A stretch of DNA of 64,000 bases from Pseudobdellovibrionaceae bacterium. Its GTDB lineage: Bacteria > Bdellovibrionota > Bdellovibrionia > Bdellovibrionales > JAMPXM01. The notes below the pieces were generated by a model. The model saw only the letters and a program-made list of their open reading frames with translations. It did no database searches and was not told where the DNA came from. The stretch is from positions 19,641 to 83,640 of the forward strand of contig JAJTYM010000007.1 in NCBI GenBank assembly GCA_021463345.1, given 5' to 3'. Below, one piece after another: positions 26,592 to 36,400 of this stretch; positions within the stretch are counted from its first letter, which is position 1, and the number at the start of each line of letters is the position of its first letter. The position numbers were made by a program, and so were the translations under genes.

Positions 26592-27683
26592 CTAGAAGCG
26601 AAGCGAGAACTTGCCGATGTAACGCCGGTCCTCGCGGGGGTTGTTCGGCGCGCCGATGTCCTCGCCGTACGCCGTGCCCTGCAGCTGGAACCGCTCGGAC
26701 GCGAATTCGAAGCCGGCGGTCCAGAATTTCTGGTTGTACCCGCCGCGCAAGAAGAAAAAATCGCGGATGTTGATCTCCATGCCGCCGTGGAACCGGCGCA
26801 TGAGGTCCCCGCGCTCGGCCTCGTCGCCGGTCATGACGTCGTGGATCTCGACGGCGAGCGTGGCGCGGGTCGCTTTGCCGAGGATGGGGCTGAACGACAG
26901 ACCCGCGTCGACCTTCTGCTCCTGCTTCCGCGGCCGCCGGTCGCCGACCTGGTAGAGCATCCCATCGGTCATCGTGAAGGCGGTGTGCCCGATGTCGCGC
27001 ACTACGACGCCGAACGAAGGGAGGTACCTCACCGGGGCGGTGAGGATCAACGCCCCGTCGACGCCGAGGCCCATGCCTTCGGAGGCGAGGTCTTTCACCT
27101 CGAGGCCGGTCGAGTCCGCCGGCGCCGTGGTCTCGATCTCGACGCGGTTGATGAGTTTGCCCGACAAGCCGATTTTGACGATCCCGTCCCAAAGGCGCAG
27201 GTTGTAGGCGATCGCGCCCGCGTAGTCGTTCTGGTAGCGGAACTTGAAGTCGGTGCCGGTCGGATCGACCTCGCCGTCGAACTTCCAGTTGACGAGCATG
27301 CCGATGCCGAAGTTGGGCAGCGCGATCGAGGGCGAGAGCTGGTAGCGCGAGTGGAAGTGTTTGCCGGGGTTGCGGTTGAGGAGTTCGAGGAGCCCCTGGA
27401 TGGAGGTCAGTTTCCCCACGGAGTTGAGGCGCACGAAATCGGTCAAGTTGGCGCTGATGTCGATTTCCGGGTCGACGGCGGTGAAAAACGGGTCGCGCAG
27501 CCTGCCCAGTCCCCCGGGGTTGTGGAACACCGCGGTTTCGTCGTTGACCGTCGTGACGTACGCGCCGCCCATCGCCATTGTGCGGGCGCCGTTGTAGAAT
27601 TCGTAGATCTCGCCGGCGGCGGCCGTCGACGCCGTCGACGCGATGGTCATTGTCGCGAACATCCAAAATCCCGAGCGTCGCAT
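26592..27683 (-). CDS. outer-membrane beta-barrel protein, paralog 2
   Basis: The ATG at 27683 gives MRRSGFWMFATMTIASTASTAAAGE. The N-terminal motif is NGARTMAMGGAYVTTVNDETAVFHNPGGLGRL. The C-terminus is ...LQGTAYGEDIGAPNNPREDRRYIGKFSLRF. Confidence 0.7.
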   Translation of the reverse strand: MRRSGFWMFATMTIASTASTAAAGEIYEFYNGARTMAMGGAYVTTVNDETAVFHNPGGLGRLRDPFFTAVDPEIDISANLTDFVRLNSVGKLTSIQGLLELLNRNPGKHFHSRYQLSPSIALPNFGIGMLVNWKFDGEVDPTGTDFKFRYQNDYAGAIAYNLRLWDGIVKIGLSGKLINRVEIETTAPADSTGLEVKDLASEGMGLGVDGALILTAPVRYLPSFGVVVRDIGHTAFTMTDGMLYQVGDRRPRKQEQKVDAGLSFSPILGKATRATLAVEIHDVMTGDEAERGDLMRRFHGGMEINIRDFFFLRGGYNQKFWTAGFEFASERFQLQGTAYGEDIGAPNNPREDRRYIGKFSLRF

Positions 27684-27810
27684 GCCTTGTCTTCGGAGGC
27701 GCGGCGGATCAGGTTGAGACGGGTTTTGAAATCCCGTCTTTAGTCTGGCTACCGGGCCGCCGATGTTTGGGATAGGCTTGAGGAGAAGTCGCTTCCAGGG
27801 AGGCTCACGC

Positions 27811-28509
27811 ATGCGCTCAGTCTTGTTGGCCGCCTTGTCGGCCGTGGCCGCGTTCGGTCTCGTCGGCTGCGAGTCGAAGCAGGAAGCCAATCTCGCCAAG
27901 GCGCAAGCCTGCCTGGACCAAGCGACTCCCGCCAACGCCGACTCCTGCACCGCCATGATCGGCGACGACATGAGCCAGAAAGCGATGCTGATCCGCTGCG
28001 CCGGCCTCTACGTCAAGAACGGTTTCGTCGGCGACCGCGTCGCCCAGGCGTTCGAGCGCATCAAGCAGAATCCGAGCGGGGGGACGGACCCGATGGTCAC
28101 GAGCCTTTCGTTCATGACGTTCACCAGCATGGATGCCGCGACTCTCGCCGCGCAGTACTGCACGGCTTCGGGCGTCCGGTCCATGGAGCGCCTGGCGACG
28201 TTCACGACGATGGCGACGCTGTTGGCCGTCAACGGCGGCATCGGCACGATCCCGGCCGAAGGCCTGTCCGAGGCGCAGATGTCGAGCGCGATCGACGGCG
28301 CGTTGTCGACGCTCCAGGGGGGCGGTCCCGCGGCTGAAGCGCTCGGCGCGCAGCTCGGCGCGATCGTCATCCAGGCCGAACAGGCCTATTGTCAGGAAGG
28401 CAGCTCGTTCTCCAGCAACAAGGTTTGCCAGAATCTTTCCGCGGCCGTCCAAGCCGGCAACGTGTCCGCGGTGGCCGCCGAGCTGTTGAATCAGCTCAAG
28501 CAGAATTGA
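27811..28509 (+). CDS. Ala-rich, Cys-containing lipoprotein (hypothetical)
   Basis: GGGAGG RBS. MRSVLLAALSAVAAFGLVGC contains the canonical lipobox LVGC. The mature chain looks helical and has 6 further Cys. Confidence 0.7.
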   Translation: MRSVLLAALSAVAAFGLVGCESKQEANLAKAQACLDQATPANADSCTAMIGDDMSQKAMLIRCAGLYVKNGFVGDRVAQAFERIKQNPSGGTDPMVTSLSFMTFTSMDAATLAAQYCTASGVRSMERLATFTTMATLLAVNGGIGTIPAEGLSEAQMSSAIDGALSTLQGGGPAAEALGAQLGAIVIQAEQAYCQEGSSFSSNKVCQNLSAAVQAGNVSAVAAELLNQLKQN

Positions 28510-28596
28510 TCCCGAGAGCGGCGTCCCGGGGCCTCGGCCCAGTCAAACGATTGGCTCAAACGGCGCGGCCGTCGTGCGGTATCCTGAACCTCGAGG

Positions 28597-29427
28597 ATGA
28601 CGGCGATCACAAGCAAACACATGAACGCGCGTCGGCGCGGACGACGGTTCCTGACGGCGGCGCTGCTCGCCGCGGCCGGGCTCGTTTCGCCCGGGTGCGT
28701 GAACAACGTGCTTTCGGAGACCGCTCGGCGCGATACGCCCGCCGCCGTCGTGTTCGAGGCGAAAAAACTCCTCAACGAACGCCGTTACGCCGAAGCCGTA
28801 TCCGCGCTCGAGGGGCTGAGCGCCGCGGACCTCGCCGCGCGCCCGGTCGCGATCGTCCGCGCGTCGGCTTACGCGGGACGATGCGGGCTCGAATTCATCG
28901 AACTCGTCTCCGCGCTTCGGAACGTGGGCGCTTCCGATTCGCTCTTTGAGATCCTGCTGAGCGCTCTCAAATCGGCCACCGATCACGCGGATTGCCGCGT
29001 GGCCGAGGACATCGTGGAAAGCGTCGGCGCGACGCTGGGCGCGCGCACGATCGACGAGAACCTCCTGCTCGCGTTCATCAGCTTCGCCAAGATCGGAGCG
29101 ATCCTCGCCGTCGACGCCGACGTCGACGGCGATGGGATCGCCGACGCCGGCTACAACGCCTGTTCGGCGGCCGGCGGGCTCGATGCGGACCAGGCCGGGG
29201 AGATCGGCACGGCCATCGCGCTCGCGGCGACCAGCTTGCAAGGAGTCGTCGGGGTCGCCGACGCGGTGGCGAACGACTTGGCGGCCTTGTGCGGTTCGCT
29301 CGCGGGCGCGTGTTCCATCACGGACCCCGCCGGGTTCAGCGGTCCGCAGTTGGAGGCGATCCGTTCGGTCGTGCATGACGGAGGTTCATTGGGGCTCGGC
29401 ACTCAGCCGGGGGTGGTTTGCCCGTGA
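28597..29427 (+). CDS. Ala-rich, Cys-containing exported or lipoprotein-like protein (hypothetical)
   Basis: RRRGRRFLTAALLAAAGLVSPGC is a signal peptide with a non-canonical lipobox. It shares short motifs with the 27811 protein (see findings). The alternative start is at 28621. Confidence 0.6.
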   Translation: MTAITSKHMNARRRGRRFLTAALLAAAGLVSPGCVNNVLSETARRDTPAAVVFEAKKLLNERRYAEAVSALEGLSAADLAARPVAIVRASAYAGRCGLEFIELVSALRNVGASDSLFEILLSALKSATDHADCRVAEDIVESVGATLGARTIDENLLLAFISFAKIGAILAVDADVDGDGIADAGYNACSAAGGLDADQAGEIGTAIALAATSLQGVVGVADAVANDLAALCGSLAGACSITDPAGFSGPQLEAIRSVVHDGGSLGLGTQPGVVCP

Positions 29428-30614
29428 ACGGCGTGACGTCGGGCCGGTATTCGCGTTTCGCGCTCGTTTTCGCCGCCACGGCGGCGTTCCTCGCCGCGTC
29501 CGTCGCGCGCGCCGCCGAACTCGTCGAGCCGTGGGCGAACGTGCGGGCACTGGGCATGGGCAACGCTTTCACCGCCGTCGTCTCCGGCGGCGAGTCGCTG
29601 TTCTACAATCCCGCGGGCCTGGCGCGCTCCGGAGGGTTCAGCTGGACGATTTTCGACCCGCGCATCGGCGCCAACGGCCTCGATGCGGTCGATGTTTTCC
29701 GCGAATTTTCGGACAGCCAGGATCTGCCGGCCCTGTTCAACCGCCTCTACGGGTCCCCCATCTGGCTGGGCGGCGGCTCGAAAACCTCGTTGCAAATTGG
29801 CGGCCTCGCCGTCGGCGCGTTCGCCGGCCTCGATGCGGGCGCCAACCTGAGCAATCCCGCGTATCCGGTCATGGAGCTCCAGTACGCCGCCGACTACGGT
29901 TTCACCGCGGGCCTCGGTTTCGATCTCGTTCCAGGCGTGTTCAAGTCGGGCGTCGTCGCCCGCCGGATCACGCGCGTCGGAACCGCCGTGCCGATCGGCG
30001 TTTCGACTTTGGCGACGCTCGACGCGGGCGAGCTCGCGCGCGAGTTCAAGAATCGGGGGTCCGCGTACGGTCTCGATCTCGGGTTCGCGTTGACGGTCCC
30101 GTCGCCGGTTCAGCCGGTGGTTTCCTTCACGTGGAAAAACATCGGTGAAACCACGTTCCGCCGAGAGGCCGGCAACCGCGCGCCGTCGCGCATCGGCTCC
30201 GAGATGATTCTGGGCGCCGCGCTCGAGGTCGACGCGGCCCTCGTCACGATCACGCCGTCGCTCGATTACAAACACGCCAATCGCGACGACGTTCAGCTCG
30301 GAAAGAAAATCCATCTCGGGCTCGAGGTGGGATTGCCCCTGATTGACATCAGGGCGGGGCTGAATCAAGGTTATTACACCCTCGGCGCCGGTGTGAACCT
30401 GGGGCTGTTGCGCGTCGACGCCGCCACTTACGGCGTCGAGCTCGGCGAGTATCCCGGGCAGCTCGAGGACCGCCGCTACGTCGTGCAGGTCGCTTTCGAC
30501 ATCGGCTTCGACCCCGGCTCGTTCGGCCTGGGCGGTTCCGGTGCCTCCAGCGGTTCCGGTTCCGGCGGAAAGCGCGGTTTCAGCGGCGGCCGGCGCCTCA
30601 AGCAGCGGCGTTGA
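29424..30614 (+). CDS. outer-membrane beta-barrel protein, paralog 3, with a Gly/Ser-rich basic C-terminal tail
   Basis: The GTG at 29424 overlaps the upstream TGA (GTGA); the track uses TTG at 29418. The N-terminal motif is ANVRALGMGNAFTAVVSGGESLFYNPAGLARS. The barrel-end motif ...VDAATYGVELGEYPGQLEDRRYVVQVAFDIGF is followed by DPGSFGLGGSGASSGSGSGGKRGFSGGRRLKQRR. Confidence 0.7.
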   Translation: MNGVTSGRYSRFALVFAATAAFLAASVARAAELVEPWANVRALGMGNAFTAVVSGGESLFYNPAGLARSGGFSWTIFDPRIGANGLDAVDVFREFSDSQDLPALFNRLYGSPIWLGGGSKTSLQIGGLAVGAFAGLDAGANLSNPAYPVMELQYAADYGFTAGLGFDLVPGVFKSGVVARRITRVGTAVPIGVSTLATLDAGELAREFKNRGSAYGLDLGFALTVPSPVQPVVSFTWKNIGETTFRREAGNRAPSRIGSEMILGAALEVDAALVTITPSLDYKHANRDDVQLGKKIHLGLEVGLPLIDIRAGLNQGYYTLGAGVNLGLLRVDAATYGVELGEYPGQLEDRRYVVQVAFDIGFDPGSFGLGGSGASSGSGSGGKRGFSGGRRLKQRR

Positions 30615-30665
30615 GGCGCCCCAGAGCCGCGCCGTTCATGTGGCGCCGTTCATGCGGAGAGATCG

Positions 30666-33434
30666 ATGCTCGTGCTGCAAGCCATTTCGGGCCCGCGCGA
30701 CAGCCAAACGCTCCTGGATCGGTTCGATCCGAGCGCGAGCACGTGGGTCGTCTCGGACCTCAAGACCAAACTCGACGTGCAAAGGCGGTTGATGGCCGGC
30801 CGCGAGTTCATCGCCGGCGCCGCCGTCCTGCGCGCGAGCGAGCTCTGGCGCGCGCTCCTCGCCCGGCTCCGTCCCGACGCGCAGATCGTTTCCAAGGAGC
30901 TGGCGGTCACGTTGATCGCCCAGGAACTCGTCGCGCGACCGGAACCTTGGGCGCAAGCGCCCGGCGCCGCGCAGACGGCGTACCAGTATCTTTGCCAGCT
31001 CATGCCGGTCCTTTCGCACCCCGAAGGCGCGGGGATCATGGAGGAGTGGTTCGCCTCCCACGAGGCGAGCCGCGTGCGCTGGGGCCGTTGGTTCGGCGTT
31101 TGCCGCGACCTTTGGGGGGCGCTGCTCGCGCGCGGAGTGGTCGCGGGGCCGTGGGTGAGCGGCGTGCTCGTCAACGAACTCGGTTTTGAAACCGTTTGGG
31201 ACCGCCCGCTCGTCTTCGATCTCGGCGTCGAACTCGATCAGGTCGAAGCCGATCTGATCGCGCTCCTCGCGAATCACGCGCCGGTGACCGTGCTGCAGCC
31301 GCGTCCGGCGTGGCGCGAGGAGTACGGGCGGACTTTGCTCGCGTACGGCATCCTCGAGGGCAAGCCCAGGGTCGCGCGCCAGTTCTTCAGCTCGGGCGAC
31401 TCGGATCCGCGCCTGGCGGGGAGCCGGGAGCACGTGAAATTCACCACGATGCTGGCCGAGGTGAAACACGCCGTGGCCCGCGCCCGCGCTTGGCTCGACG
31501 GCGAGGGCGGCGGGGAAAAAGTCGCGCCGGACCGGATCGCCGTCGTCGCGCCCGACATCGAGATCTACTGGCCCGCCTTGTCCGCGCACCTCGATCAGGA
31601 GGGCATCCCTTGCCAGAAGGCGCGGATCGCGCGGTTGCAGACGTTCCCCGACGTTTCGCAGTGGATGGCCACGCTCCGCCTGCGGGCCGGAGGGCATGGG
31701 GAAAGCGACCTCGAGGTCAGCCTCTTCGAGGGTCCGGCGGGGCCAGCGATGGCCTACGAGAGGTTCAAGACCCTGTACTCGGCGGTTTACAGCCGCGAGG
31801 ACCTCGATCGGGCGGAGGACGTCGCGCGGCGGTTCGAGATCGAGCTTTCCGAATCCGACGACGTCGATCGGGACGCGTTCGTCGCGTGGGCGCTCAAGGC
31901 GGCCCCGGCCGGGGCCGATCGAGGCCGAGTCGAGGCCCTTTTCGAGCGCTTGTTCCGGGAGTGCCCCGAGACCACGGTCTTATCCGTGCGCCGCTGGCTC
32001 GCGTACGCCCAGGAACTGGCCGGCAAGATCGAAACGGTCGTCGATCCGGGGCGGACCGACGGGATCGCCTGCATCAACCTGGTGTCGGCCGAGAATTCGC
32101 CGTCGACCCACATGATCCTGCTCGGTTTGACGGAAGCGGCCATGCGCCAGGGCGGGGAGACCGGGATCCTTTTTTCCGACATCCTCTCCCTCTCCGCCTC
32201 GTACGGTTTCCATTTGCAGGCGCCGGATCTCGCCAAACTCGAGTTCGAGGCCCGTTGGGCGGTCGAAAACACGTCTCGTCATTTGGTTTTGAGCGTGCCC
32301 GAAACGGACTTCGACGGCGCCGTCCAGGCGCCGGCGTGGTTTTGGGTGAGGAGCGCGCGCGCGGCGGGCGCGTCCGGCGAGGTGCGGGTCCCCGAGCCCA
32401 CGCGCTGGGACGAGATCCAACGGGCGTCGTTCGCGTGGCTCGCGGGCGAACGGCGTTGGGACGGCGGGCGGGCGGAATTGGCCTCGTCCGCTCTCGAAGA
32501 GGATTTTGGACGGAAGCCCCTGCCGCCCTTCGGGGGCCTGGCCGAGAGCCTGTCGGCCTCGAAGATCGAAGACTACCTGAGTTGCCCGTTCGTTTTCGCC
32601 GCGAAACATCTTTTCCGCCTGACCGACGCGCCCGCCCTCGATCTTGAAATCGACCCTCGCACGCGCGGCAGCCTCGTGCACGCGCTCTTCGAGCGGCTGA
32701 CGCGGGAACCGATGCGCTTCGACCGTTCCCCGCAGGAGCTTGAGGAGATCGTCGAGCTCGCGCGCGGGCAGGCCGCGATGCGCGTCTACGACGAGCGCCT
32801 CTGGCCGAGTGTTCGCCGGCGGTACGCGGCGGTGGCGCGGCAGTTCCTCGCGTTCGAGCGGGAGTGGCGGAGCGCGTTCCCGCAGACGAAAACCCTGGCG
32901 CGCGAGCTGGAGATCCGGGGTTACGTCGACCCCGGGACCGGGGAGCTCGCCGCCCGGCCGTCGGCCGTCGCGATCCCGTTCCGCGGCTCGATCGACCGGG
33001 TGGACGTCGACGGAAGCGGTTACGCCGCCGTCATCGATTACAAGCCCAGCGACCGCGCCGGGCAATTCTCGTCCTGGATCAAGAGCGATTCGCTGCAGCT
33101 CCTGCTGTACGCGATCGCGCTCGAGAACGGCCTGACCGAGCATCGCGTGAAGGAAGTCGTCTCGGCGGTGTACTACGCCGCCAAGACGATGGAGCGCGAC
33201 AAGGGTTTCAAAGTCGACGACGTCGAACAGGGGTTGTACGCGACCGACGACGCCAAGCGGAACAAGCTCGGCCTGGAGGCCAAGCGCCGTTTGCTCGACG
33301 AGGCGAAAGCGTCGGTGCGCGGCGCGCTGGCGCGCATGTCGGCCCGTGATTTCGCTCCCGCCCCGAAAGACGTCGCGATCTGCAAAGACTGCCGATGGAG
33401 TCGCCTATGCCGGGCCCCGCACCTGAACAAATGA
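30666..33434 (+). CDS. addB: AddB-type helicase-nuclease subunit (PD-(D/E)XK nuclease with Fe-S cluster cysteines; degenerate N-terminal ATP site)
   Basis: The nuclease motif is GSIDRVDVDGSGYAAVIDYKPS. The cysteines are ...YLSCPFVFA... plus the C-terminal CKDCRWSRLC (C-x2-C-x5-C). There is no GxxGxGK(T/S) near the N-terminus (LQAISGPRDSQT). It is coupled to addA by an ATGA overlap. Confidence 0.8.
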   Translation: MLVLQAISGPRDSQTLLDRFDPSASTWVVSDLKTKLDVQRRLMAGREFIAGAAVLRASELWRALLARLRPDAQIVSKELAVTLIAQELVARPEPWAQAPGAAQTAYQYLCQLMPVLSHPEGAGIMEEWFASHEASRVRWGRWFGVCRDLWGALLARGVVAGPWVSGVLVNELGFETVWDRPLVFDLGVELDQVEADLIALLANHAPVTVLQPRPAWREEYGRTLLAYGILEGKPRVARQFFSSGDSDPRLAGSREHVKFTTMLAEVKHAVARARAWLDGEGGGEKVAPDRIAVVAPDIEIYWPALSAHLDQEGIPCQKARIARLQTFPDVSQWMATLRLRAGGHGESDLEVSLFEGPAGPAMAYERFKTLYSAVYSREDLDRAEDVARRFEIELSESDDVDRDAFVAWALKAAPAGADRGRVEALFERLFRECPETTVLSVRRWLAYAQELAGKIETVVDPGRTDGIACINLVSAENSPSTHMILLGLTEAAMRQGGETGILFSDILSLSASYGFHLQAPDLAKLEFEARWAVENTSRHLVLSVPETDFDGAVQAPAWFWVRSARAAGASGEVRVPEPTRWDEIQRASFAWLAGERRWDGGRAELASSALEEDFGRKPLPPFGGLAESLSASKIEDYLSCPFVFAAKHLFRLTDAPALDLEIDPRTRGSLVHALFERLTREPMRFDRSPQELEEIVELARGQAAMRVYDERLWPSVRRRYAAVARQFLAFEREWRSAFPQTKTLARELEIRGYVDPGTGELAARPSAVAIPFRGSIDRVDVDGSGYAAVIDYKPSDRAGQFSSWIKSDSLQLLLYAIALENGLTEHRVKEVVSAVYYAAKTMERDKGFKVDDVEQGLYATDDAKRNKLGLEAKRRLLDEAKASVRGALARMSARDFAPAPKDVAICKDCRWSRLCRAPHLNK

Positions 33435-36400
33435 GCAACCAGCATATGCGGAACCACGTCATCGTGCGCGCCGGCGCCGGCGCCGGGAAAACCAGGCGGC
33501 TGACGCTGCAGGTGATCGATGTCGCCAAGGCGTTTCGCGAGCGGGAGGGCCGGTGGCCGCGGTTGATCGTCACGACCTTCACCCGCAAAGCCACCCAGGA
33601 GCTGCGCGAGCGGCTGATGCTGAAGGCTCTCGAAGACGAGCCGGGCCTGATCGACTTCGTCAACTCGCGCGCCCATCTCGTCGTCTCGACCATTCACGGC
33701 GTGCTCGACATCTACTTGAAGCGCTACGGCGGGAACCTTTGCATCGACCCCGGTTACGCGATCATGGGCCGCTCGGAAGCGGATCGCCTGGCGCGGCAGG
33801 CGTTGCGCGGGGTTTTGGTGGCCGACGCGAGGTTCTCCGAGCTGCTGGAGACGTACGGCTTCAACCGCTTGGCGCGGCTCGCGCGCCAGTTCCAGGAAAC
33901 GGTCGACCTGGTCCCCGAGGCGCGGCCGCACGACGAAGCTTCGCTGCGCGGGATTTTCCGCGCTCGCGCCGAAGCGCTCGCGCGGGACGCGGAGCTCGCC
34001 TCCGAGAGCATCGAGGCGGAGACGGAAAAGGAGACCTGGCGGGCCATGGCCTCGGCTTTCCGGCGATGGGCCGCGCGCCTGCGGAACGAGGATTGGGGGG
34101 CCGCGCGCGAGACGATGCTCGCGGAAATCAAGGCGACCCGGGCGGCTCCGTATTCGAAAAAAAACCCGCCCGTCGATGAGGAGACCAATCTCGCGGCCAA
34201 GAACGTGCTGGAGAGGTTCAAGGACCTGGGAGAGGACGTCTGCGACCCCGCCGCCTGGCGGGAGACGAGCGCGGTCTTCGCGCGGTTCGAAGAACTCGGC
34301 CGCGAGTTTTCCAAGCTCTCCTTCGAGGCGAAGATCCGTCAGGGCACGATCGAGATCTCGGACCTCGAGCGGCTCGCGATGCGATGCGCGAGCGAGCACC
34401 CGGACACGGTCGAGGCCTTCGCGCAGGAGTGGGACTACTGGCTCATCGACGAATACCAGGACACGAGCCCTTTCCAGGTCGACCTGATCCGCAGGCTCAG
34501 CGGCGACCGGCCGAGCTTCATCGTGGGGGATCCGCAGCAGAGCATCTACCTGTTCCGCGGCGCCCGCTCGGAAGTCTTCGCCGAAAAGGAGCGGGAGATC
34601 CTCGGCGCCGGCGGCGCTCAGGACCTCCTGAGCCGCAATTACCGTTCGCGCCCGGAACTGCTCGCGTTTTTCAACGACCTGTTCGGCCGATTCGATCCTC
34701 CGTTCCGGCCGATGGAGCCCAATCTGGCCGAGGGCGAGTCGCTCGAGGCCGGAAGGGTCGTCGCCCGTCTCGTGGTCGCGCCCGGCCCCGCCGACGGGGA
34801 GACGGAAGGGAGCGGCGAGGGGGGCGTCGCGCGTTCCACCGACTCCGAAATGCGCTCGCTGGTACGGCACGTTCAGGAGCTTCTCGCCGCGGGCGCGGCG
34901 TACGAGGACATCTGCGTGCTGGCGAGGAAAAACGAAACCCTCGTCGAAGTCGCCGCGTGGCTCGATCGGTTCCGCTTGCCGACGCACGTGCACGCGTCGA
35001 GCGGCTTCCACGGTCGGCGAGAGACGATGGACGCGCTCGCTCTCCTGAGGTTCCTCGTCAACCCGCACGACAACGCCAACCTGATCCAGCTCCTGCGCTC
35101 GCCGTGGTTCCGGGTCGCCGACGCAGACCTCGTCGCCGGCGTGCAGGGAGCCGCCGGCTCGCATTGGGAAAGGCTCGTGGCCAGGGAGCCTCGGCCCGAG
35201 GCGGTCGAGCGCCTCCGGGCCTGGCTCGGCCGCAGGGGCGAGATAGGGATCGGCGAGTGCTTCCGTCGCGCGTTGATCGAGGCGGGCTTCGTCGATCTCT
35301 CCCATTGGCACGACATGAGCGGCCGGCGCGAGAGCAACGTCTGGAAACTGCTCGCCAAACTCGCCGCGGCCGAGAGCGAGACGGGTTTCAATTACATCGA
35401 TTTCATCGAGAGCTCGGAGGTGGACCTGCGCGAGGCGAGCGGTGCCGAGGAGAGCGACGCGATCGCGGCGGTGGAACCCGACCGCATCAACCTCATGACG
35501 ATCCACGCGTCCAAGGGCCTTCAGTTCAAGCACGTCCTGCTTCCGAAGATGGGCCAGAAGCCGCGGTTGACCGCGAGTTTGGATTTCGCCTTCGACGAGG
35601 GCCGGAAGCTCTGGGCGTTACGCGTGCCGCGCGGGGACGCGCTCGACATGACCTCGTCGCTGGCCGAGAAGGCGTGGCTCGAGACGTTCCGCAAGGCCGA
35701 GCTCCAGGAGCACGCGCGCGTCCTTTACGTCGCGCTCACGCGCGCGATCGAGACCGTTTTCATGAGTTGGACCGGGCGGCCCGAGCCGACGTCTTGGGCG
35801 GACGCCTTGCGCTTGGATCTGTCTCCCGGGGTCCACGAGGCGGCGGGCTACTCCTACGCCGTGCAGGCGGATCTCGGCGAGCCGCTCGCTCCGGCGGAAC
35901 AGGAACGGGAAACGGTCGTGCCGCGTCCGGCGTGGCTGGGGAACCGCGCCGACGCGCCTGGGACAGGCTCGCCCATCCGGGAAACCGCTTCGGTCTCGCA
36001 GCTTCTCGACCGATCCCAACCGTTCCGGCGCGAGTGGAGCGCGGTCTCGATCCCGGCCCGCATGAAGGTCGCCTCGCAGGGGACGGCGGTGCACCGTTTG
36101 ATGGAAGCGCTCAAAAGCCCGGCGGCCGTCGACGTCCGCGAGCTCATCCGCCGCTGGTTCCCGGGTCGGGAGGAGAAGGTGGCCGCCGCCGTCGATTTCG
36201 TCACGCGCCTGCGGGCCCCGCCGCTCGCCCGCTTGATCAAGGACGGGCGAGTGGAATGGAGTTTCGCGTTTTTGGAGAAAGGCCTTTTCGTCGAAGGGCA
36301 GATCGATCTTTGGGGGCGGGTCGAACCCGACCTCGACGGGTCCGGCGCCGTGGTCTGGGTGGTCGATTACAAGACCGGCGATCCCGAGGGCCGGGCGAAG

